A DNA stretch of 64,000 nucleotides, taken from assembly GCA_003427395.1 (NCBI GenBank), contig BFEA01000037.1, positions 3,943,196 through 4,007,195 on the forward strand. The letters are read 5' to 3'. Both the position numbers and the translations under genes were made by a program. The notes under the pieces are model-generated. The model made no database searches. It was not told the origin of the DNA and saw nothing but the letters and a program-made list of their open reading frames with translations. Source of the stretch: Chara braunii. Its lineage: Eukaryota > Plantae > Charophyceae. Every line of letters starts with the position of its first letter. Position 1 is the stretch's first letter. Below are positions 1 through 12,672 of this stretch, piece after piece.

Positions 1-256
1 CCGCTTTCCCCATCTCCAACCGTAACCGCTCCACCATATAACCTTGACATGAGGTTAAAAACCTGTATCTGGATCGACACATGGCCAAGACCCACCGAAA
101 CACAGACGTCTTCCACCGAAACACAAACATCTTCCAAGCTACATGCGTTCTGAGGTCTCCGCCTTCAATCCCTGCTCAGGCCGACAGCGTACCCTACCCG
201 CCGCTTTCCCCATCCCCAATTGTAACCGCTCCACCATATAACCCTGACGTGAGGTT
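1..256. repeat. Two ~55-bp direct repeats (1-56 and ~201-256) in the flank of element A
   Basis: ccgctttccccatc.ccaa..gtaaccgctccaccatataacc.tgac.tgaggtt occurs twice ~200 bp apart. Confidence 0.7.
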
Positions 257-371
257 TCAATTCCTGCTCCGGCCGACGGTTTACCCTGCGCCCTGAAGTT
301 GAACCTACTTGGTCGCCTTCTGGAAAAGGAGCATTCCCAAACGAGGAGGAGAAATGGTTCACATTCACCGT

Positions 372-793
372 TGTCGAGCGCATTGGTCCGGAACCTCACA
401 AGGCAAGGCGGGACCCTCCCGACCGCGTCACGTAGGAGTTGGTCTTAATCCTCGTCGCGAATACATATAGAGCTTCCGCAAGCCGCTCTGGCCGAGTGCG
501 CCAGCCATACCTCTCGCGAGCCCTTACGACAGGATCGGGCCTACGCGAGGCATGACTCACCTCCACCTTATGGCACTGTCACCTCTCTTTGGTGGGCGTA
601 TCCCCGTCGAGCTACCAGTTCACAGTACGAAAGCTAATCAGCTGCAATCGCAGAGGTGGACCAACCGAGGGTGTTTCTCGTTCGCTGTAGCATAGGGGGT
701 ACGCGCGGTTTTACGCCTCTATCGGACCCGCACGAGAATCGACATCTTGGGGGGCTGAGGTCCCAAGTGCGACTCGTCGCCGGTCGACTAGGA
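372..793 (-). ncRNA. Putative conserved structured cis-RNA (U5 end), copy A1
   Basis: Reverse complement aligns block-wise to 19889-20346 with compensatory changes in helices. Confidence 0.6.
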
Positions 794-2139
794 TACATCC
801 CACGAACCACGCGGACACCACTCTAAAGATGATAAAAATAAGTACACATATATATACTCAAAATAACATAGAACAAACAACTCGACAACACTTTGAGTCC
901 CTTAGTAGCCATCCCATAACTTTTCAATGAGGAAATCGGATAGGCGTCACACGGGAGACTTTAGTATAAAACTGCGCGGTCGTGGGGCTAACTCATATTG
1001 ACTCGCAATGCAAGCATACGCAAGCAGTCGCAATGATGGCGTACTATGTAGCACCCATACTCAAGCGGTCCCTCGTGGATTTCGAGGGCCACATTCGACA
1101 CTCAAGTGTCGGCTGACACACGCCTTGAGGGGTTGATCTCTCGACGCTAAACAACCGCCAAGTGTGGTTGAGAACCACACCCTCTTCTGCACCCTGCGGA
1201 GAGTGGGTGGTACACAAGTTCATACTTGTGGTGGCAATCATCTCTTATTGCCCTGGAGACCAGCTCTCTCATCAAGAGTTTGAAAAAAAGTGAAGGGTTT
1301 TGACTTTGACAGATGCCACGGACTACAACGTCCAACTATAGAAACTCTAAAAAACAAAGGATAACAGGGGATCTCCCTTCTCTCAAAGCATAATCTATTT
1401 AACCCTTACTCGAGGTCTCAGTAGGTCGCGTGAAACACTCAAGACATATTTATTTACATATATAGAGAGGGTTATTAATGTAGGACGATCACTTCTCACA
1501 GTCACAGTGAGACTCCTCTCAGCCATATATACATATGTGATCGCAGGCATTCAAATTCAAAGTCCGAACCACAAAACATACCTGTAATCACATCAAAGAT
1601 TCAACCAAAAGTCCACACACTACACGGGGTCAATTTCAACCATTATCTGAGCTCACAACCCTCGCTTTAGCCACACAAACCTCAACCTTAGCACACCCTT
1701 CCAGCAATAAAATACGCAGTACCTTTGTTAAATGGCCATTCAATAAAGTCTGGGTAAAAACACAATGAAACATTTCAAACCACAAAGCTCTTTAGGTTGA
1801 GTGGCAAAAGTGGATTAGAGTTGAATCGTAAACCGACGAATCAGCAACCGACATGTTATTTGTGATAACAGAAGGTGATCCTCGTAGGATCAAACTCAAT
1901 CTAGCCCAAGTCCCGAATCAATCGATCAAGAAGACCTATAACACAAGACATGTCAATCCCCAAACTAAATTTATAAGTCAATGGAGAATAATCTTCATAT
2001 CAAGATCTTGCTCAAAATTATTCTATTTAATTAAGCCTAAGTCTACCTTTAAGCAAGTGTCAAACGAAAAGTTAGACCTTTGGCAGAATCTCCTCTATAC
2101 AGAGAGGATTGCTAGAATTGTCACCTATCAAAATATAAT

Positions 2140-2750
2140 CTAACTCCTTTAAACTAAGAAAATTTCGGCAGCGCTTCCCGTAGGAAAAGTGTCTTCGCAA
2201 AATTTATACTAACTCAAATATAAAAACAGAACCCAAACTTTAATTCTGGAAAGTCAGAATTTGTCCAACTCCCTGAATTAGTAAAACTTTGGGCAGCATC
2301 TCCTTTAGAAATGTAGGTTTCTCATATTTATACTAAGTCAGATAGGATCTCAAAAGTTAAGCTTGAGTTCGACTTCAAGACAAAGTTCAACTGACCCCTT
2401 AGATTTGTAGAAATTTCAGTAGCGCTTCCCGTAGAGAAAGTGTTCTTCAAGATTTATACAAAGCTAAGTTCAGAATCTAAAATGACTTTGACCTCTCAAG
2501 GTCCAATTTTTTCCTAACTCCCTGAATTAGCAAAAATTTGGGCAGCACTCACTTTAGAAAATGAGGTTTTTCAGATTTTTACTGAGCCAAAAAGCCAGAA
2601 AAACTGAACCCTGAAAAAGACAAAATCTAACTAACTCCTTGGTTTTGTAAAAATTTTGGGAGCGCTTCCCGTAGAGAAAGTGACTTACCAAGATTTATAC
2701 AAGACCAAATATAATAAAGAATCCCAGAAAACGTAGAAATTGACCTCAGT
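2140..2750. repeat. Degenerate ~120-bp tandem array inside LTR A, alternating A/B units (~245-bp higher-order period)
   Basis: agcgcttcccgtag units near 2170, 2420, 2660 alternate with gggcagca..c.c.tttagaaa units near 2290, 2540. Confidence 0.75.
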
Positions 2751-3002
2751 AAAAAAAAAAACTTAGCTAAAAAAATGCAGGAATTGAAACTAACTCCTAT
2801 GGCTCTAGCACGTAGCGAGCAACTAAAGCAACTACCTATCAAACTGAAACTCGGACTAAGTAGTAGTCGCACTCAGTCACATGCAGGTCAAATCACAAAG
2901 GTAAGTACTCTCACCATCCCAAAGTCAATTTATCAAATAATAGTTCATAGTTTCTCAATGATTTATCCCTTTATATGCAGCTTACATAAGGCATAAAGCT
3001 AG

Positions 3003-3720
3003 ACCACCCAAACTTATGGAACATTTCTAGCTCAACCGTTGAGTATACACAAACACAGGGCACAACAACTTTTCTCTTCTTTGGGCATATGACTAGGCCA
3101 CCCTAGTCGCCCTGAACTGTTTAAGTATCCAAACCTTATATAATTATATGTCCTTAGTTTTTTGAGGTAGCATATAACTGAACCGATAATCTTTAGCTCA
3201 AAATTCAGTCTGCCCCTTTGTACCATAAGTTTAAAGTTAATTAGTACTCTCTTCAGTTGATAATAAGTTATAGTCAGACCACCCAAACTTATGGAACCCT
3301 GTCTGACTAACCTGTTCATAAGTAGGATAGTAATAAAGTATAGTCAAAGTTATAGCCTTCTTGTTCCAGCATGTGTGAGGCGTTGGACCAAGACCACCTA
3401 AACTTATGAAATATATCTTGGTCCTCAGCCTGATTCATTTCTCTTAAAGCCAAAGCAAGAAGATGTTGAGTCATCCAAACTTATGGAACATGCTCAGACC
3501 TCCTCGTTCAGAAACTAAAAAAACTGAAAGAGACCCAAAGTAAATAAGGCGACCAAGCCACCCAAACTTATGGAACATGCTTGGCCCCTGAAAGTCAATC
3601 ATAATCATCCCTCGCAAATCAGAGGAACCAAACCACCCAAACTTATGGAACATGTCTGGTTTTCCAGGCAATTCAAAATAAACATGGCACTGGGCCTCCC
3701 CAAACGTATGGAGACGTGCC
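3003..3720. repeat. About seven dispersed copies of CCACCCAAACTTATGGAACATG in LTR A (also 13800-14510)
   Basis: Motif visible near 3005, 3280, 3395, 3472, 3559, 3633, 3697 and at the matching places in the second LTR. Confidence 0.85.
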
Positions 3721-3959
3721 CAACCTTTGGCTGACCCAATCAGACACAAATAATACAACCTTTCTCCCAACCTTTCCCCAGATGCAATCCCAGAATATGC
3801 TTTCAGTCAAACAATAAAACTCAAACTGACATTGTACATACATTCCTTTACTTAATCTGGTTTGTGTCCTGAAAGTCAAACTGAAAAGTCGGAGTAGAGA
3901 TGCACACAGTATACTCAGTCAAAACATAGCAAAGGATACAGATAACGGTTATAACTGGG

Positions 3960-3965
3960 TTTATA
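3960..3965 (-). promoter_or_regulatory. Candidate TATA box of LTR A
   Basis: ctcTATAAAccc on the minus strand, conserved in the second LTR near 14752. Position relative to the LTR end (~3.6 kb) resembles the TATA of LTR B (~3.1 kb). Confidence 0.3.
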
Positions 3966-5599
3966 GAGGGAAAACAAAGGACTACCTCTCAGTTCCCTGC
4001 CTCCATAACTCCTCCTGAGTCCCGACAGAGCTCCTGCAATCGGTGGGCTGACTCCCCACAGGTCTTGCTGCGGTCCTACGGGTTGCAATCCCGCCTGCCG
4101 CCTTCCTCTCCGAACAGGACTAGACTTAGAGTAAGAAGGGCAAAAGGAGGGGTTTGAGACTCTCGAGATACAGGAGAGAGACATACTCAACTCGCAGGAG
4201 AGGGCCTTGATACCTTCAGTCGACTGAGGGCCCCGCAATGATGGCCAACACGCGCAACCGCTAGTCAAACCGAAGTGAAACTGCTGACAAACAACTTTCC
4301 GACAAAGCTTAAAGTTGCAGCGGTAACCCCCTTCACAAGCATGATCATGCCACCTAATCCACACTACCTCTATCTCGAACAACACCGCCGCCTAGCAATA
4401 GTGCACCTCTCCCCCATACTTTGTCAAACTGTCGGCGACGTGTAGCAGCGAACTCAAATTTGTCTCTCCTAAGGTTACAGAAATAGCACTTACGTAGAGC
4501 CGAGTCACTCCCCTAACCTGTAGTAATCATTCGTCGTCATTATACTCGAGCTGCCTACACCGTGCACCCAACAGCCTTGTATAGTAGTCAGGCGAAGGTA
4601 AACAAGAAGCAGCGGTAGGCCAACCGTATAGAGTCAAACTCAAGAATACAACAGTCGCAACCTCACCATCTGACAACCGTCCTCCCATACTCACCAATCT
4701 TGTAAGTTTACAAGCCCTCAGTTTACAAGCTCCGCTACTGTGGTTGATGATATAGGTCGTGCTCTTGCTAAGCTGCAAGTCTCCAGCCTCGTTGCGGTCC
4801 TCTACTGCTTCGGCCGACACTCTGAGCAGCACCTCGACCAGCAGGTAAGTTTCGAGCTCCACGATCGCGCTTCACGTTCTTCCGTTGACAGCGCGAGCAA
4901 AATCAAATGCATCGTCAGTCGACTGTATGCTCCTACCCGAATCCACCAGCCAACAGGTAAGTCTCCCTCAGTCGTGACCAACCTCACGCTACCTCCAATC
5001 GACGCAATGCGTCGCACACTGGCCTGCGGACAAGTCCGTAACCTTGCAACTTATTTACTGTAGTTCGCTTCTCAGTTCACCCCGCATCATCCACTCAGTC
5101 CCACATGTACGTATCCTTCTTCGATCGTCCTTTCCCCTCCCGTTGTCGGAAAAACGAGCAAAGTCGTAATAAACTTTCGTCGGAATACAATCAAGCGCTT
5201 CTTCTAGGATGAGTCACACACTAGCTAGCAGGTAAGTCTCCATCCTCGGTATCTGTTGCGCTGACACCTGGTCATCTTCCCTCAGCAAGAGGCTGAATCT
5301 TCCGCTAAAACACGAGATTATGCATGGCTCTCCAGTCGCCTCTGCAGCGGAATAGATGGCGGTTACTACATCGATCGAACGAGCAAAAAATGAGTGACGC
5401 TCCTGCTGGCGCACATTGGTTATCAAGTAAGTCTCTTACCCCGCGCCTGGTCATATGCCACTTCTGTTGATAAGTGAGCAAAGACGGATGAAAGTTTTGC
5501 TAGAACATGGGCGGATACATCCGTCTTCTTCTTGAGGTAAGCGTCCCGCACCTAGTTCTCTTCTCCTAACCCTGTACCAAAATTAACCATATATCCGAA

Positions 5600-6200
5600 T
5601 TTGCCCCACTTCTAAGCCCCGGACTAGCCTATCCCCCCACTCGATTCCATCGAATGAGGTGTCTGTTTCCTTGCTCCCGCCATACCGAGTCGGTACTTCC
5701 ACTCAGTCTCATCCTCTATTAACCCTTCGTCCACTTACTCCTATCCTATTATGACCGCAGATTCAGGCTCGCCAGCTATTAAAACCCCTATTTTGCTCCT
5801 CTCGGTCGATTTAATAAAGGAACGAGCGAGATATGTTCGCCCCCTCCTTTTCTTCTTCTCTCCTTCCACCATAACTTCGTGCACACTCTTCCTTCTCTAT
5901 CATTTATCTTACTAACCTATCTCCAAAACTAACCTCGTCATGCAAGTCGCCCGGGGCAAACCCCCCTGGTTTGCATCTTATCTCTCTCGAATCCATCGAG
6001 GATCGAGCGAGATTCGGAGTTTTCACTCCCATCTTCTTCCCTCTCCGCCATAGCTCCGCGGACCTTATTTCTCTACTAACTCCAATTCTACTAATCTAAC
6101 CTCGAAACTAATGCTACCACTAAGCTTGCCTACTCCAAAAACCCCTATCCAACATCTACTCTCGCCCGATTTCATTGAGAAACGGGCGAGTTACAATCCT
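5600..6200. repeat. Degenerate ~180-bp tandem repeats in U3 of LTR A
   Basis: aaacccc...ctcg..cgat/gaat...ga.cg.gcgag recurs at ~5780, ~5960, ~6140. Confidence 0.55.
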
Positions 6201-6804
6201 TTAACCCCGCCTTAACCTTCTCCCTCCATTCCTTCGAATGAACCCGGTACGAAAAACGTGCCCTGATTTATTCCTTTTTCTTGCCTCCATTTGCTGCCTT
6301 TGTCTCGCCGTGTCTCCGGCCACCTTGCTCCGCGTCTGTGCCCAACCGTCCGCTAAACTGCGTTGCAACGCAGACACAGCAACGAGGCGAGCGATGCAAA
6401 CAGTGAGGTGGCGATGCTGAACGTCGGAATTCGCCATGAAGTGAGCCTCCACTTACCTCCCAATCGGCATGCCAGTCAGCGTTAGGTGCGGAGGCGCACA
6501 ACCCACATCTTGGCTGTTCGATCCAGGTCGGCGCTACAATGATTATAGGGACGTGGCCTGTTGCAGGGTCTACTAGCGTTAGCCCCGAGAGAAGCTGGTC
6601 CCGATAGCTGCTGTAGTCAATATCGAGGGGGGCCTTTGCCTATCCTGCTGTTGCTAGCGCAACGCCCGAGTACCTATGTGGCCTGGTCCTACTTGCCCGA
6701 TAGTCCCAGTTACTCCGCCTCTCTTCGGACAAGTCCTACCCCAATTTCTCATATCAGGCCGCAGGGCCGAGGGTGCGGGTCTGCCAAACGCGGGCCTACT
6801 CACA

Positions 6805-6820
6805 TCTAACCCCCTCTTTC
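6805..6820 (-). other. Polypurine tract of element A
   Basis: Minus strand GAAAGAGGGGGTTAGA directly before the TG of the LTR. Confidence 0.65.
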
Positions 6821-8149
6821 GCAGACTACCGGGGACGAACGGTGCCCCCGCAAAAAATTCCCGCTACTCAAAATTCCTTCAGACCCGTGGGCTAATCACC
6901 TGTCGGTTCGCACACACGTCGGACTCCTCGGTCACCATTTCAAAATGGTCAATCAAGGAGGAGCTTTGCCAGCCTCCCGAACTCTCAAGCACCTGTCTGT
7001 CGAACTTAGAAGCTACTCGCTCAAGGTCCCTGACTAGCGTGACGACCTCTGAAACCGGCGCTGCGACCGGATCAAGGAACACCGACGCATAAAAATTAGT
7101 TGTAACATGACAATAAAAAAAAATATTTGAAAACTTTTTACTTGTCAGAATATGATAAACGAGGGGGACGGAACCGCTAGTACCATTCCAATGCAGCCGA
7201 AGGGAAAATCAAAGGGGATAGTTGCGCCGAACCCTCTGCCCCTCAGCCCCTTTGCGCTATTATGATATTCCATCGCTGTCGCCACCCGGACTCGATCCCT
7301 GAATCTCTCTGATGAAAGTCCGACACTGCAACGGGTAGTGCTAGGTCCAAAGCTGAGCCTAGTATGAGCGGATATTTAAACAAATAGATATATATGTAAT
7401 TCAAAACCATATTTGGTTCGCTTTCTTGAGTTGGGATATTACTTCTCTGAGTATATATTGAGTTGAGATTTTATCTGAGACTATCTCCTTGTATATGACG
7501 ATCACAATCACTCTCACATGTGTGGTTTTATCATGATGTATGATGGTTTTGTGTAAGAGATGAACGAGAAACATCTAGTGCTTGTATTGTGTATTTTGTG
7601 AATGTGAGTGGTTGTGAACTGTCTACTTTTTGGTATACTCGTGCGATCTGTCCATGGGAGGGTGATAGGGTCGGGTATAAGGAGATGGAAAGCAGTCCGT
7701 TTTTGTGAAAGATTGTGAGAATCCTAAGGGATTTATGAGTCTTTGAGACTCGAACGTTTTACCATGCCGAATATTTATTGCTGAGTTGTGATGAGGACTC
7801 ATAAGATGGCCCCTCGGTTTGAGTTGTTTTATGGTTAAGATGTCTTTGAGTGGGAAAGCAATCTTTTGTTTATTTGGAAGACTCATCTTCGGGAGTAAAG
7901 ACTTAAAGGGGTGTGGCCACCTATGAGGGTTTCACTCCTGCGCGAAGGCGTGGGATAAGAGTCGAGTCTTTTTGAGTCCTGATTGAGTGGAAAAAAACTA
8001 TCGTGGCACAAGCTGCGAGGGCACTACCACTAAAATAACAACGCGGTGGGCCGTAGATCTGACACGATCACCCAGACTATGGTGGGTCAGGATAGAGACT
8101 TGACCTTCCTGTACTAGGCTGCAAGAAGAGTATATGATGAGATTGTGTG

Positions 8150-8174
8150 TATATATATATATATATATATATGA

Positions 8175-8212
<38 letters not shown>
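8150..8212. repeat. (TA)n microsatellite
   Basis: Direct observation. Confidence 0.95.
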
Positions 8213-8215
<3 letters not shown>

Positions 8216-9301
8216 ATTGCGAGAATTATTGGAGGGAGGCAAGAATGTCTTCTAAGGTCTCGATTAGGGTCCGCGTCCCTGATTTTGGCTTTGCTTGCAG
8301 GGTAGTACGTATGTCTAGTACACCGACATCCTATTGTTAGGACAATGGAGACCCGGGTCAGAATCCTGGCAGCATATAGTTGTATGGGCTTGGATTGTTG
8401 GAGGCCTCGAACCTGAGTCTGTCGGCTGATCGGATTGGTTCCTTTCTCGTCAACATTTGCATTTTTGTATGGATTTATAGTTTTTCGATCTTGCGAAGCG
8501 ACGGGGACGTCACTTAATATGGTCCGGTAAGCTGTCGGTGCGAATACCCTTACAAGGGTATCCGCCCTGTTTTTTGCAAACGCCTTAAAATAAGTTTGAT
8601 TTAAAAGTTTAAGTGTACCGCGCGAAGCGCAGGCTGTGTCTGTAGTTTACGTTGACTAAATGGTTGACTAGAGTAGAGAGTTTGTGGGCGCGCAAGCTTA
8701 AGGCGTGTGTGATTTTATTTATTGATGACTAAAGGGTCGGTGTAATCGCCGGCCGGATTTTCTTTTTTTATTTGATTAAGCTAGGATTAAACAGATTTTT
8801 GTCATTTGATTGATGTGCTTGCTTGTGACTTATGCGTATGTACGGAGGGCGACGTCGACAACAGGGTGATTTTGAAAACGTTTCGGTAAGTCTGGATGTC
8901 ACACGCTAACAAGATCACATCCTCACATCATCCCATGAGCACTTAAAACCATATTCTAAGTCATACCCTCATTTGTTTTCTACCCTCATCAATTCATATT
9001 TGTATGAGGCTTACTTTCGTACTCTGACTATGCTCTCGCTATTCTGTCCCTGAATAGTCCCAAGAGCCTGAAGAACGCTTACTCACTCTATCCAGAGGTC
9101 TTATATGATCTGACAAATACCCACAATATACTCAAAGCATATATACACATTTTTTAACCACTCGATATATAATCAGGATCATGCTGGTTAAAATACGGAG
9201 TTGGGACCATACAACTAGTTAGTCCGCTACCCTAACTCCCACATCCACATATATTCACAAGCTTATGGGATCCGCACTCTGGTAGATTATAAGGGCACCC
9301 T

Positions 9302-10005
9302 CTATCGACTAGCTACTGCCCGAACCTCATCCCAATCTACACCCCTTTCATCTGGATTATGGGAGCTCGCATAAGCATCAACAACATTGACCATGTTGTT
9401 GAGTCCTTGACTATGGGGTAAAAACCTTTGGTCTAGGTAAAAGCCATATACCAATTCACACGTATAGCGTTCATACCCCCCTTCTCGTGCCCTCGAAGCG
9501 GCTTCTGTTGCGGCCTCTATCCTCGATAATCCCCCGAAACACTTTTCTACCAGGAATTCAGGCAGGATAACTCGTAATGGGGCTGAAGAAAGTGCAAACT
9601 CTTTGGCAGACTTGACCTCTATAAGGGTCTCTACCTGCTCCTCTCCCTCATGAATTTTTCCTCTTGCCCATTTCGTTTCAGCTCCCTCAGCTACCCTCAG
9701 AGGCCTTGCAAGTAGGGTACCATGCCCGAGTGCCAACTCGACCCCATGCTTGACCCAAAATGAGGAAGATACAAGGTCACCCCCCCGATCGCACAGTACT
9801 GATCATCATCAAAATCGGACTCGATGCAGACGAAAATACCTTTATCTATCAATGCGCCCCAACAGGAAGAGATATATTCTCCTTCCTTGACTCGCCTTGT
9901 CAAGGAAATCTCAAGGCCATTTTCTCTTTTAACAGGCAAGGTGATATTGGGATCTTTCTTAGCATAAGGCATCCTGAGTTGCCTTCTGCCCATAAAAAAA
10001 AACAA
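9302..10005 (-). pseudogene. Frameshifted ~230-aa ORF of unknown function in the internal region of element A
   Basis: Two overlapping same-strand ORFs (9697-10005, 9302-9736) with globular-looking composition, sense to the element. No gag/pol motif recognised. Confidence 0.4.
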
Positions 10006-11128
10006 CCAGCATACGCCTTCCGTTATTATTTTAACAATCGCATTCTACAATTTCTTGTTACTGAAGTCTTAACTTCAAATCGTCTTTCACTAAGTTTCAT
10101 ATTTTCCAATGTTTATGACCACCCAGCTTTAAGAAAATAATGGTAACATACCACAATAATAGCACATTCACAAATATCAAAACTCATAATAATATTTACT
10201 TATGGAAAATGATATATCACCTTGATAATCTGACATCAATAATTTCTTTATAACAACCAAGCGTATTATGTACAAACTAGTCAGTTATCCAAAGCACATA
10301 CAAATATTTCATAATAAGTTTATATCTACAGACATTTCATATGATAGACACATTATGATCAGAGATAAGGCCGGTAATAATTAACACTCTCAGACATAAT
10401 ACCAACGAGAGTACCACATTTTACTCTCACAGCTCTGACAGAAGTATACTGTGGCGAGGGGCAGTGTAATCCTTTTTACAATGAATAGCATCTCAAAACC
10501 CCGAGCCCCTCTCAAGAATCAAGTCTCACTGCATCTCCCTCTGATTCCAGCACTTGCTTCTTGCAGACCCTTGCCGACAAAGTAAAAAACATCACCACAC
10601 ACGCTTCGAGATGTACTGTTTCGTCCTGTACTGGTGAACGCACCTGACACAAACATAGCTGGGGATTCACCCCCTACCTCTTTGTGGCATGTAATCGTTG
10701 TTTTCCTTTATAGGTCATGGTCTGACAAGGCTTAAATATTTTCCTCCTTTTCAATAGTAATGTAGTTATCTTATCCTAGGGGATACAACAACAACACTCC
10801 GCTATGGACCAGGAACAGAGTTACGGCGTGGGTCTCACTACTACTTACAAGGCAGAATTATGACTTTTTCAAAGCCATCTTTCAGGGGAACAATAACATA
10901 GGATTGCAACCTTCCTTAGGGTAGACCTTACACATTGACCATTTCTTGGGAAAAACTTATCTCATGGAAGTGGTCACTCCATTCACCTCTGAATCTGCAT
11001 CAGATGTGGACTCTGCGCAATGCTTCTACCCCTCTTTGAAGAGCAATCCAAACACGTAAACTTAATAAACAACCATAAGTTAATAATTGGACTTGAGATG
11101 CTCATATAAATCCTTGCAGACTGATAAG

Positions 11129-11180
11129 TTCAAATACATACTTCAAATACATACTTCAAATACATACTTCAAATACATAA
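11129..11180. repeat. 13-bp tandem repeat x4 (ttcaaatacatac)
   Basis: Direct observation. Confidence 0.9.
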
Positions 11181-12185
11181 CTCATGTAAATATTCCTGGC
11201 AAGGATAACTATTAAAAAATTGTAATCATCAAGCACATAGCCTCACATAATCAGACACTAGGCATGTTTACTTACATTAGATCTAACATATATGGATGAG
11301 TTCAACATATAACTCAAAAGAGATGCCATCAGAAGGGAATAGTCTCAAGTCCTTAGCTCCAACCCATAGATTTAAGTGGATGGTCTAAGCCTGGAAAGGT
11401 TCAAGCGAATGTCTAACATTAATTACAACTCATCGCCATATCAAATGTAAGCAAAAATAGTCCAAGTGTTAGCTCTTTTACTGTTATCCCGTCTGCCCCT
11501 AGGATTAGATATCTTTTTTTTTTTTGGCAGAGAAGTTACTACGCAGACCTACTATATCTCGCAGTCTCTTCTGGCGAGGTCATAACACGGTATTCCTTGT
11601 ATCTATCCGTCGCTTTATACGTCAAACTCACAAACATTACGCAGGGCAGACCTCATACTTCCACGACTATATAATTTGAACAACCTGCTCAGAACCCAGA
11701 CGCAAGGATCTCAATCCATGCCCACAAAGGCTTCCAGCGTCCTTAGGCTAACTCTCCTCGAAGTCCCTTGTTAACTTCTTACATAAAGGGTTCCCTTACT
11801 CATCATCGACCTCACTCGAATGCCAAAGTACCCAGTTACTCCATGGCCACTTAGGCAACTCTCTCGACTTTAATAGGTACCTTATTAGGCAAACTGCCAC
11901 AATGCTTAGCCATGTTGGCACCGCCTCATCTCACCTTAGCCATATCAGACATACACTGCATTATCCAAACCGGTCAACTATCATGGTTAGCGGGGTACCA
12001 ACTCCAACTACCATCTTACTAGTAAGAGTACATGGGTGCATAGCCGAAACGTTTATCACTCTCGTGCCACCTTTACTGCATCAAACAAAAACCACTCGCA
12101 CAGTCAATCTTCACTATGTCTTATATCCTCAAACGATTAAGAACAAAAGAAAAACTTCTCACTTTGCCTATTTCTCACATTCCCA

Positions 12186-12672
12186 TATCCGGATGTCGTT
12201 CCACAAGGGACAACGACAGACAACCGTTATCCTCGGCAACGACGCCACCTGTCGAGCACATCGGTCCGGCACCTCACAAGGCAGGATGGGACCCTACCGG
12301 CCGTGTCACACAGGAGTTGGTCTTAATCCTCGTCGCAAATACATATAGAGCTTCTGCAAGCCTCTCCGGCCGAGTGTGCCAGCCATACCTGTCGCGAGCC
12401 CCTACGACAGGATAGGGCCTACTCGAGGCACGACTCACCTCCACCTTACGGGAGTTGTCACCTCCCTTCGGTGGGCGTATCCCCGCCGAGCTACCAGTCC
12501 ACAGTACGAAAGTTAATCAACTGCAATCGCAGAGGTGGACCAGCCGAGGACGTTTCTCGTTCGCTGTAGCATAGGGGGTACGCGCGGTTTCACGCCTCTA
12601 TCGGACCCCAACGAGAATCGACATCTTGCGGGGTTGAGGTCCCAAGCGCGACTCGTCGCTGGTCGACTAGGA
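12186..12672 (-). ncRNA. Putative conserved structured cis-RNA spanning U5-PBS-leader, copy A2
   Basis: Aligns to 19889-20410, including the PBS and the post-PBS hairpin. Confidence 0.65.
12230..12247 (-). other. Primer-binding site, tRNA-Asp(GTC)
   Basis: TGGCGTCGTTGCCGAGGA, 2 nt after the LTR's terminal CA. 16/18 match to the complement of the recalled plant tRNA-Asp 3' end (TGGCGCCGTTGCCGGGGA, the Athila-type PBS). Confidence 0.85.

Larger units (their letters stand above)
372..6804 (-). repeat. 3' LTR of element A (~6.4 kb)
   Basis: Minus strand reads TGTGAG...CTCGACA (TG..CA, imperfect inverted termini). It is preceded by a purine tract. Similarity to the second copy starts exactly at TGTCGAGC (372 vs 12250). 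Confidence 0.75.

Noticed and set aside
3003-3720. Repeat-spacer pattern reminiscent of a CRISPR array
   Set aside because: Irregular spacer lengths, eukaryotic LTR context, no cas genes.
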